From the NCBI GenBank assembly GCA_049472315.1, contig JBLIRN010000063.1, forward strand, positions 1 through 15,950: a stretch of DNA of 15,950 nucleotides. The letters are read 5' to 3'. Under the pieces are notes generated by a model. The model did no database searches, was not told the DNA's origin, and saw only the letters and a list, made by a program, of their open reading frames with translations. Of the stretch, positions 8,381-15,767 are shown one piece after another; within the stretch, counting starts at the first letter, position 1; each line of letters opens with the position of its first letter. Both the position numbers and the translations under genes were made by a program. The DNA comes from a bacterium (GTDB lineage Bacteria > SZUA-182 > DTGQ01 > JAFGSM01).

Positions 8381-9301
8381 ATGGATTATACACTGATCGA
8401 CTGGAATGAGGTGTGGAAGAGACAGATGCTGAAGCACTTCAGTGTTATAGGGGGGAAGGATTGTGCAGTCTTTTGGAAAAGGGAGAGTGCTGCGGAATAC
8501 TGGAAGATGGTCCAGGAAACGCAACAGGAGCGCATTAAAAAGACCATTCGGGGAATTATCCTCACACGGCGATCCCGGGTGTTGGATATCGGCTCCGGAC
8601 CCGGGGTCCTGGCAATACCCCTGTCAAGGATCGTTTCCCATGTCACCTCAATCGATCCCTCGGCCGGGATGATTGGTGTCTTGAAGGAAAAGACGGCCGA
8701 ACAGGGGATCACCAACGTCCATTGTGTACTGAAACGTTGGGAGGATGTCGACATCACAAGGGACCTGTACCCGCCCTATGATGTGGTGCTTGCCTCCCTG
8801 TCGCTCGGTATGTACGACATCAGGGAATCCATACACAAGATGCTCGATGCCACGTCACGGTTCGTCTATCTTTTCTGGTTTGCAGGGGAACCGTCATGGG
8901 ATGTGCATGCGCGCGCCCTCATCCCCCTGCTTCACGGGACCGATTTCCAACCCATGCCCCGGTGTGACGTACTTTTTAACGTCTTGTATCAGATGGGGAT
9001 TTATCCTCATGTAGAGGTTTATCCCTACCAGCATCTCAATGTATTCGCCTCCCGGGAAGAGGCGATAACGTATTTTGCCCACCGATTCGGTGCCTCTACA
9101 AAGAGACAAAGGGAGATCCTGGGAGAGTATTTGGCTGGGATCCTTCAGAACGAAAGGGGATTCCTTGTCCTTCGCTCCCCTGCTACCTGTTTGAAGATGT
9201 GGTGGGAGCGGTCCATGGTCGAGCGCCAAGCACTTCCTTCAAGGACGTGTGATACGAAACGTGGGGCATGTGCCGGTTCCGGGGCAGGGCATTTTCAATA
9301 A
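8381..9301 (+). CDS. class I SAM-dependent methyltransferase
   Basis: Motif I VLDIGSGPG, motif II VTSIDPSAGM, KRWEDVD, YDVVLAS. N-terminal IDWNEVWK and C-terminal MWW are typical of a family often found beside metal ABC transporters; RBS GAGGGTG. Confidence 0.9.
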   Translation: MDYTLIDWNEVWKRQMLKHFSVIGGKDCAVFWKRESAAEYWKMVQETQQERIKKTIRGIILTRRSRVLDIGSGPGVLAIPLSRIVSHVTSIDPSAGMIGVLKEKTAEQGITNVHCVLKRWEDVDITRDLYPPYDVVLASLSLGMYDIRESIHKMLDATSRFVYLFWFAGEPSWDVHARALIPLLHGTDFQPMPRCDVLFNVLYQMGIYPHVEVYPYQHLNVFASREEAITYFAHRFGASTKRQREILGEYLAGILQNERGFLVLRSPATCLKMWWERSMVERQALPSRTCDTKRGACAGSGAGHFQ

Positions 9302-9980
9302 AGCACCTCCCACCGGCTGGTATCGGCCACAGGAGCCCTCCCACATGGTCGATGATCCCCTCATTCGGGTCCTGGTCCCCGAGTCCGGAGATGAATTCGC
9401 CCTGCGATGAAGATGGCCTCAAATCCTTGAGTTGAATGCTGACGGATTGTTCGTCGATATCCGGGACGAATTCCAATTCCCTCCACACAATCTCCTCCTC
9501 CTCGACGTCGTATTCCTGGGTGAGGTATTGTGCATTGAGGGGATTGATTTGCCCGGGGAAATAGACCTTCATAACGATTCTATGGATGTTGGGATCGAAT
9601 TCCTGGGAGAGGGCAATTCTTGACTGCCAAAGCCCGTATGGAAAGTCTCCCCAGGGGGGGAACAGGGCCAGATCCGCCAATGCCAATGCATTACAATCCT
9701 CAAATGACGCATAGGTCTCGGGATTTTCGAGATAATCATCGGGATCCACGGTGTCCTTATCGTATACCAGGAGCTCAAGGGTCATAGATCCCTTGCCTGT
9801 TTTAGTGAGAAGTTCACGGGAAGTACTGGTATCCTGCGCACGGGCATGAGAAAGAAACAGGGGAATCATGATTGCCGTAAACGCGACAAGCATCCACCAG
9901 GGTACGGCCCATTTGTTTCTCACTAGTTTTCTCTCAAATCGGCGGTAATGTATAAACAAGGAACTCATTCCTCCCTTCAT
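9183..9980 (-). CDS. secreted protein with a choice-of-anchor-U-like C-terminal domain and a CFI-box-CTERM-like tail
   Basis: Signal ending ARA|Q; acidic mature domain; VSIQLKD..GLGDQDPNEGIIDHVGG resembles the choice-of-anchor-U end (LTDGGxGDxDGxxNGxIxDPxG); followed by GGRCFI. Start 9980 or 9968. Confidence 0.65.
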   Translation of the reverse strand: MKGGMSSLFIHYRRFERKLVRNKWAVPWWMLVAFTAIMIPLFLSHARAQDTSTSRELLTKTGKGSMTLELLVYDKDTVDPDDYLENPETYASFEDCNALALADLALFPPWGDFPYGLWQSRIALSQEFDPNIHRIVMKVYFPGQINPLNAQYLTQEYDVEEEEIVWRELEFVPDIDEQSVSIQLKDLRPSSSQGEFISGLGDQDPNEGIIDHVGGLLWPIPAGGRCFIENALPRNRHMPHVSYHTSLKEVLGARPWTAPTTSSNR

Positions 9981-10092
9981 GGGGAACTATATATCCTCTC
10001 CATGTCTGAATCAATCACACTACCCCTCTATTAATCTATCGTCATAAACAATCCTCAACCTGGGGAAACGGCCGTGCATCCCGCGTGCAGAC

Positions 10093-10130
10093 AGACCTGG
10101 AGACCTGTGGCGAAAAGGTCTCCGGGGTCT
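10093..10130 (-). terminator. stem-loop just after the stop of 10136..10669
   Basis: AGACC-TGGAGACCT / AGGTCTCCG-G-GGTCT inverted repeat; weak U tract. Confidence 0.5.
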
Positions 10131-10135
10131 ATCGC

Positions 10136-10669
10136 TCAGATGAGCGGAAGGAGTGCGGTAAGCCCGGTGAGGGTCGGAATGGCGGGTGCGGTGGTCGACA
10201 GCCGGGTCAATGTCTTTGTCTGGGTGGGTCCGGTCAATCCGGATAGGAGCGGGAGGAGTGCAAGCGCAGTAAGGCCAAGCGCCGGGGTTGCCACGGCGGG
10301 TGCGACGGCCGTCACCGGTGCCAGCGGCGTCACAGGGCTGAGGGGCAAAACCGTGACCTGAATCACGGAGAGCGTGGGATTAAAGAATATGGTTACCGTG
10401 GCTGCGGCCTGTCTGAGTGCGGGTCTAGGCATACGCACGGGAGAAAGCAGGGAAAGGGATGTCCTTGGAGCAAGGGGGGGCGAAATATAGGGACCCAGAA
10501 CCGGCAGGCGGGGGAATATGCCCAGGTAGGGGAGAAAGGGATACGGGGAAAACAGGGGGGAAAAAAAGGGGATGGGTTCTCTGAACCAAAGTGGGACCTG
10601 CGCACGCCCTGGACTACTCACCGATAGAATCAGGGCGGCCAGGAGTAGTATGAGAAGATATCGTTTCAT
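10136..10669 (-). CDS. small secreted Pro/Leu/Thr-rich low-complexity protein
   Basis: AAGGAGG RBS precedes ATG 10669 (MKRYLL..); signal ends GRA|QVP; about 154-aa mature chain with only one acidic residue. Confidence 0.8.
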   Translation of the reverse strand: MKRYLLILLLAALILSVSSPGRAQVPLWFREPIPFFSPLFSPYPFLPYLGIFPRLPVLGPYISPPLAPRTSLSLLSPVRMPRPALRQAAATVTIFFNPTLSVIQVTVLPLSPVTPLAPVTAVAPAVATPALGLTALALLPLLSGLTGPTQTKTLTRLSTTAPAIPTLTGLTALLPLI

Positions 10670-10741
10670 GGGATAACCTCCTTTACACATTGTTTTTTTA
10701 TATCAAAACGACCAATTGATTTTTTGTTTCTATGAACCTTC

Positions 10742-10792
10742 ATCGTTCACGTCAAATCGAACGATCAAGGGCGTTATGTATACATAAACGCC
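10742..10792 (-). terminator. two stem-loops between 10792..11211 and 10136..10669
   Basis: Near-palindrome GGCGTTATGTATACATAAACGCC (10770-10792) abutting the stop codon, and ATCGTTC-N10-GAACGAT (10742-10765). Confidence 0.4.
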
Positions 10793-11211
10793 TAAATCGG
10801 TAGATTGAACGTGGTTACCAGGGTGTTGTAAAGCAGCGGATAATTCGTGGTCAGCACGGCGATACCGCTTGCCAGAAGAGAGGGATCGATCAGATTGAGA
10901 ATCGAGGTCAACGGTACAGGCGTGGTGGACACAGGAGGAATGGACACGGTCACCGGTGTCCTGGCCATCCGTAAGCCCGGTTCGGCCTGGATCGCAAAAA
11001 GCTGGGGCAGCACTGCACATGACACTCCAAAAGGGATCTGAAAGGGTGATGGAAAAAATGACTGACCTCCCCATAGCGGAAATGGCGGCAATGTCCGGAA
11101 TCCCCACCAGGGAACAACGCCGTAGTATTGTGCCTGCGATCCGCTGGGACACGCTATTCCCAGGGCGATCATTGCGATGATCACCAGCATGATGATCCTC
11201 ATCAACCTCAT
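10792..11211 (-). CDS. small secreted Pro/aromatic-rich low-complexity protein
   Basis: RBS AAAGGAG 7 nt before the ATG; signal ends SQA|QYY; 35 nt downstream of the sulfatase-TPR stop. Confidence 0.8.
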   Translation of the reverse strand: MRLMRIIMLVIIAMIALGIACPSGSQAQYYGVVPWWGFRTLPPFPLWGGQSFFPSPFQIPFGVSCAVLPQLFAIQAEPGLRMARTPVTVSIPPVSTTPVPLTSILNLIDPSLLASGIAVLTTNYPLLYNTLVTTFNLPI

Positions 11212-11246
11212 TGTTGTTCTCCTTTCAGTCGCTGCGTCTCCTTGTC

Positions 11247-14171
11247 TCAGTTACAGGGGGCTGGACAGAGCCGTTTTGCCTCCTGCAACAAAACAAGGAC
11301 CTCCTGATTAGACGGCTCGAGGCGCAAGGCCTCCCGCAGATGATCCACCGCCCCACTGTAATCCTGGAGTGAGAACAGGGCAAGCCCCAGGTTGAAGTGA
11401 ACCTTCGGGTTTTCGTAATCAAGTTCCTCCGCCCTCCTCCATATACTGATTGCAGCATCATAATCCTTTTTTTCATACTTGGCGGTGCCAAGGTTTATGA
11501 GTGCCTCAACATGATCGGGGCGGGCGGCGAGCAATGTTTCCCAGACTGCAATGGCCTTCTCAATATTGTTTTGTCGTAGGTATGCAGTGCCGATATGGAG
11601 ATACGGCTCTTCGAGGGTGGGGTCCAATGCCAGGGCGCTTTCCCACAGTGAAATGGCCTTTGCATAGTCGCCATCCTGAAATCGGGCCGTTGCCATATTC
11701 AGGAGGGGGACGGGATTTGCCGGATCGAGGGCATGTGCCCTTTCCCACGCTGCAACCGCCTCCTGGAGCAGACCCCTATCGAAGAGTACCTGTCCCAGCT
11801 TCAGATACGCCTCCTTATGCCGGGGATCCAGATCAACGGCGTGCTGCCACAAGGCGAGGGCCTCTTGCGGCCTGTTGAGCCCCGAGGATGCCTGGCCGAG
11901 ATAGAAGTAGAGATCTGCCGACGCCGCGCCCTTGGTGAGAGCGGTTTCCAGCGCTCGCTGCGCTGCATTGTAATCGCGTTGCGCGAGAAAAAGTATTCCC
12001 AGATGCGTCCACGCACCCTGATGCCCGGGCATAATTTCAACGGCCTTCGTATAGGCATTGGCCGCGGCAGCATACTCATCGCGGTGGAGATGGACGGTAC
12101 CCAGATTGATGATCGCCTCGATATAGTCGGGTCTTATTCGGACTGCTGCGGAAAACTCCTCCTCGGCCTGATCGTATAAACCCTTTTCCATGAAGATGCT
12201 TCCACGATTGTTATGTGCCTCTGCACTGTTCGGATCGATGGAGAGGGATTTCTCGAACTCCCGAATGGCATCATCCCTCCGCCCCAGTCGGTGGAAGAGC
12301 ACCCCGAGGTTATTGTGGGCCTGGAGATGGTTAGGGTCCAGCTCGATGGCTTTTCGGAGAAAGCCGGCAGCCTCGTCATAGTCTCCCCGGTCAAGGGAAA
12401 GCTGTCCGAGTTGATTGAGGGCATCGACGTACCGGGGATCCAATGCAAGGGACCTCTGTGCCGACTGGATGGATTTGTCGAGTTCCCCCTTTTGCCGGTA
12501 CACGACACTCAGATTGTAATACACCTCCGCATATTCGGCCTGTGCAAGCGCCAGCTCGAATTCCTCCAGGGCCTTGTCCAGGTCACCCTTTTTGTGATAG
12601 ATCACACCAAGGTGGTTGTGGACATCCAAATAGTTGGGTGAGATGGCAAGGAGCCTCCTGAACACCCCCTCAGCCTCATCGAGATTGTCGCTCTTTTCCT
12701 CAATCGATGCGAGGTAGAACAGTGCCGAGGCATTGTCCGGGTTGACGGAGAGTATATTCTGAAACTCCTGGCGTGCCCGGCCATACAGTCCGAGATAGAT
12801 ATATGAAACCCCCCGATCGATTCCTTCCAGAAGTGCGATCATGTCCTTGGGATCAGGCCGCCCCTCTGTTTTCCCGGCCCCGGACCATACGTAGCCGAGG
12901 CTCTCAAGGCGTTTTCGCACCTGGTCGTCCAGATTCACCTGCGCTGAGCGGCCGGGCCCCAGTGCCGTTTTTAATGCCTCAAGCCTTTCCCTCCAGGGAC
13001 CTGCATCCTGGGGGTAGAGGTTGGTGATCTCCTTCGGATCATGTGCGAGATTATAGACCTCGGGCCGCGGAGCACTGACGAATTTCCTCTCCGGCGTTCT
13101 AATCCCTTCGATCCTGCTCCATCCGAAATTTTCCTCCGGATAGAGGGACTCCAGCAGGAGCTCACGATGGAATGAATGCCCGTTCCCCGTCATCAGCGGG
13201 AGAAGGCTCTTCCCCGGGAGCGTCTTTATGGAGGGGCCCTTCAACGGGATGCCGAAAAGGTCCAGGACCGTGGGGAGGATATCGAGGGTGGAGACCATCT
13301 CATCGATCCTGCCAGCGGGGATAGTCCCCAACGGGTCATGGATGATGAGCGGGACATGCATGGTGGTGTCATAGATGAAAATGGCATGGGTGGGTTCACC
13401 GTGCTCACCGAGTCCCTCGCCATGGTCCGAGGTGAGAATGACGGCCGTTTTGTCCATGAGACCCAGACGCTCCATGCCCCGGAACAGATCACCGATGCAG
13501 TGGTCAGTGTAGGCAATCTCGCCATCGTACAGGTGCCCCTTATACTGCTCCCTGAACGGACTCGGGGGCAGGTACACGGCATGGGGATCGAAGTAATGCA
13601 GCCAGAGAAAAAAGGGCCCCTCCTGGTGGGCGGAAAGCCAGTCCAACCCGGCCCTGGTCACCTCTTCCCCCCGCCGTTCGTTCTCGAGAAGGATTGCGGC
13701 GGCTCCCTCTTTGGGAAGGGAGTCCTCGTAGAAATCGAATCCCTGATCAAGGCCAAAGAGTGAATCCAACACAAAGGCGCCGATGCAGGCCCCGGTGTGA
13801 TGTCCGTGAGCCTTCATGACCTCAGCCATGGTAAGCACCTCGGGATCGAGGAGGTAGTTTCCGTTGTTTCGAACCCCGTGCTGGAGCGGATATAGTCCCG
13901 TCAGTATGGTGACATGCGAGGGAAGGGTAATGGGCACCGGGGTGAATGCCCGGGTAAAGAGGGCCCCCGTTGATGCGAGGCCGTCGATCGCAGGGGTGTT
14001 GGCGTCCCCATATCCATAGCAGCCTAGATGGTCCGCCCTGAGGGTGTCTATGGTGATGAGAAGAAGATTGCGCTGAGGCGTGCCCGCCCTGGTCCCCAGC
14101 GCATTTGCCGCACCTGGGGATGCAGTTATCACCATAACCAGAATGGGGATGAGAAAAAGGAACCGTTTCAT
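11247..14171 (-). CDS. secreted sulfatase-like (alkaline phosphatase superfamily) hydrolase/transferase with about 15 C-terminal TPR repeats
   Basis: NLLLITIDTLRADH, PITLPSHVTILTG, HYFDPH, YDGEIAYTD, TSDHGE, VSTLDILPT, YNLAHDPKE, RLESLGY, followed by 34-aa TPR units. Likely start ATG 14171 (MKRFLFLIPILV signal) rather than 14300. Confidence 0.9.
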   Translation of the reverse strand: MKRFLFLIPILVMVITASPGAANALGTRAGTPQRNLLLITIDTLRADHLGCYGYGDANTPAIDGLASTGALFTRAFTPVPITLPSHVTILTGLYPLQHGVRNNGNYLLDPEVLTMAEVMKAHGHHTGACIGAFVLDSLFGLDQGFDFYEDSLPKEGAAAILLENERRGEEVTRAGLDWLSAHQEGPFFLWLHYFDPHAVYLPPSPFREQYKGHLYDGEIAYTDHCIGDLFRGMERLGLMDKTAVILTSDHGEGLGEHGEPTHAIFIYDTTMHVPLIIHDPLGTIPAGRIDEMVSTLDILPTVLDLFGIPLKGPSIKTLPGKSLLPLMTGNGHSFHRELLLESLYPEENFGWSRIEGIRTPERKFVSAPRPEVYNLAHDPKEITNLYPQDAGPWRERLEALKTALGPGRSAQVNLDDQVRKRLESLGYVWSGAGKTEGRPDPKDMIALLEGIDRGVSYIYLGLYGRARQEFQNILSVNPDNASALFYLASIEEKSDNLDEAEGVFRRLLAISPNYLDVHNHLGVIYHKKGDLDKALEEFELALAQAEYAEVYYNLSVVYRQKGELDKSIQSAQRSLALDPRYVDALNQLGQLSLDRGDYDEAAGFLRKAIELDPNHLQAHNNLGVLFHRLGRRDDAIREFEKSLSIDPNSAEAHNNRGSIFMEKGLYDQAEEEFSAAVRIRPDYIEAIINLGTVHLHRDEYAAAANAYTKAVEIMPGHQGAWTHLGILFLAQRDYNAAQRALETALTKGAASADLYFYLGQASSGLNRPQEALALWQHAVDLDPRHKEAYLKLGQVLFDRGLLQEAVAAWERAHALDPANPVPLLNMATARFQDGDYAKAISLWESALALDPTLEEPYLHIGTAYLRQNNIEKAIAVWETLLAARPDHVEALINLGTAKYEKKDYDAAISIWRRAEELDYENPKVHFNLGLALFSLQDYSGAVDHLREALRLEPSNQEVLVLLQEAKRLCPAPCN
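11307..12827 (-). repeat. array of about 15 tetratricopeptide repeats (coding)
   Basis: Repeated AxxNLG..G.Y..A...(F/W)..AL.LDP pattern at about 34-aa period, counted by eye. Confidence 0.85.
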
Positions 14172-14326
14172 TCCCAATACTTCCCTATGATAAGGATTCC
14201 TGCATACGTTGGGTCGCATGTTTCCAACCCTTGAGAACCGTGACATCCGTGTAATGTCATGCCATTCCTTCGGGAACTGATCGTCGGCAAGGCCTGTCAC
14301 TGATCCTCACATATCCTGATAAGGAC

Positions 14327-14378
14327 AAAAAGGCCTGTCCGCTGCGGTTATTGCGCACGCTTGACAGAGGACAGGCCT
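14327..14378 (-). terminator. intrinsic terminator after 14401..15210
   Basis: On the minus strand AGGCCTGTCC (14378-69) pairs with GGACAGGCCT (14340-31), followed by TTTT; the 28-nt loop is unusually large. Confidence 0.55.
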
Positions 14379-14400
14379 GTTCCGAGCCGTATTCAGTCTG

Positions 14401-15210
14401 TTATAAGACCGGCGGATTGAGGTTCAGGTTAAAGATCCCCTCATCCATCACCGGAGTGGCAGTTCCCAGCACCGTATAAAAACCGGTCATGGTGGTGGGT
14501 GATAGTAAAATACCGGTCAACACACAATCATATCCCGTCCCCAAAAAACCCTCCAGGGTAATGGTATCATTGATTATAACACCACTCACCTCAAAAGGAA
14601 TACTGGCATAGCGGCTCCCCTGCATAACAGCGGTCCCGGCAAGAATCCCCAGCAAGGGGTCTTCCGCAAGATTGAGCAGCATGGGCCCCGAATTCCAGAG
14701 CACGGGAAAGGCAATATAGGTGCTCTGCCATGAACCGGTCCAGCTTCCCGCCTGGGCAGCGGTCCTGATGGGGGCAACAGCCGCCGCGAGGGGAGCGGTG
14801 GCTAACGTAGATGAGGCAAGGGCTATGGGAGGGATGACTCCCGAACGCAGGCCGCCGGTCAGTTGCGGGAATATCCCCAGGGTGCTCGGTAGACCGAGGC
14901 CTATGCCGCCAAAGCCAAAGAGGGGATTAGAGGTGAATGGCGCAAGGGAAAACGTGCCCAGGGTGTTTCCAAATCCGAACCCTCCCCATCCATACGGGCC
15001 AATGGCGGAGAGGGGAGTGTTTATGGCGCTCGAGCGTATCCCGAATCCGGGGAAAAACACGTACGGGTTGTACAATCCTCCGTAGCCGACTGCCGGATTG
15101 GGGGGACTGATGGTAAAGCCCGAGTATTGAGATGCCACCGGAGAGGACAGGATCAACGCCGTACATAAAAGGAAAACAAGACCTTTAAAAATAGACAATT
15201 TCCTTGTCAT
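14401..15210 (-). CDS. secreted protein: signal peptide, Gly/Pro/Phe-rich low-complexity region and C-terminal beta-barrel-like domain (paralog of 6632..7426)
   Basis: Signal ends VAS|QY; about 120 aa with no Asp/Glu/Lys; the domain begins AGSWTGSWQSTY and ends DEGIF; purine-rich RBS region upstream. Confidence 0.8.
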   Translation of the reverse strand: MTRKLSIFKGLVFLLCTALILSSPVASQYSGFTISPPNPAVGYGGLYNPYVFFPGFGIRSSAINTPLSAIGPYGWGGFGFGNTLGTFSLAPFTSNPLFGFGGIGLGLPSTLGIFPQLTGGLRSGVIPPIALASSTLATAPLAAAVAPIRTAAQAGSWTGSWQSTYIAFPVLWNSGPMLLNLAEDPLLGILAGTAVMQGSRYASIPFEVSGVIINDTITLEGFLGTGYDCVLTGILLSPTTMTGFYTVLGTATPVMDEGIFNLNLNPPVL

Positions 15211-15285
15211 GACGGTATACCCTTTCTCCTTATATCTTTTTCGATATTCCTTGATAAAAATGCATCGTGCATGAACAACCCCTTA

Positions 15286-15741
15286 TTACAGAAAAAGATT
15301 CTGGAGCAGGGCAAAGAGGAGCGGGTTTGCGGTGCTGAGCGCTCCCTCATACAATGCGCTTGTATAGATCGTTGCCAGCAGCGACAATAGGGGCGGAGGA
15401 GAAGCAGGTGCAGTAGCCACCGTTGGGGCTGCCACCGTCGGGTTGATGACGCTGACGGTCCCCGCTGTAGGATTGGTGACGATGATGGTCGCCGCGCCAA
15501 TCCGGGGGAAGGCGGAGATACTCGGTGGGCTGTAATAAGGGAGTGCAGGATAACTTGGAGGGAATAACCCGGAAACGGGTGCAACAGGGGGAAATGCCCC
15601 AAAGGGATATCCGAAGGTGCTGAATCCCCAAAATGGATAGAGATAGGGAACCTGGGCAATACCTTCCGTTGCAAGCCCACAGAACATGAAAACCATTGCG
15701 ATGCAGATCAGAGCGACGACGAAAGCATTGACTGTTTTCAT
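15286..15741 (-). CDS. small secreted Pro/aromatic-rich low-complexity protein
   Basis: GGAGG RBS 8 nt before ATG 15741 (MKTVNAF..); signal ends GIA|QVP; about 122-aa mature chain with only two charged residues (one Arg, one Glu). Confidence 0.8.
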   Translation of the reverse strand: MKTVNAFVVALICIAMVFMFCGLATEGIAQVPYLYPFWGFSTFGYPFGAFPPVAPVSGLFPPSYPALPYYSPPSISAFPRIGAATIIVTNPTAGTVSVINPTVAAPTVATAPASPPPLLSLLATIYTSALYEGALSTANPLLFALLQNLFL

Positions 15742-15767
15742 AAATACAACCTCCATTATTCAAGCCT

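Noticed and set aside
10730..11152. Alternative-frame ORFs overlapping the small secreted genes (also 15207..15680 and 15347..15772)
   Set aside because: They lack a good RBS and a signal peptide; the chosen frames have both and share motifs with the paralogs
14249..14264. TGGCATGACATTAC as a sigma54 promoter for the sulfatase-TPR gene
   Set aside because: No GC/GA at the -12 position with correct spacing
14172..14300. 43-codon N-terminal extension of the sulfatase-TPR ORF
   Set aside because: It precedes a clear signal peptide starting at ATG 14171 and overlaps palindromic regulatory-looking sequence
10136..15741. RiPP precursor cluster interpretation of the small proteins
   Set aside because: No radical SAM, YcaO, LanM/B, peptidase or ABC exporter gene in the window, and the proteins have Sec signals rather than RiPP leaders
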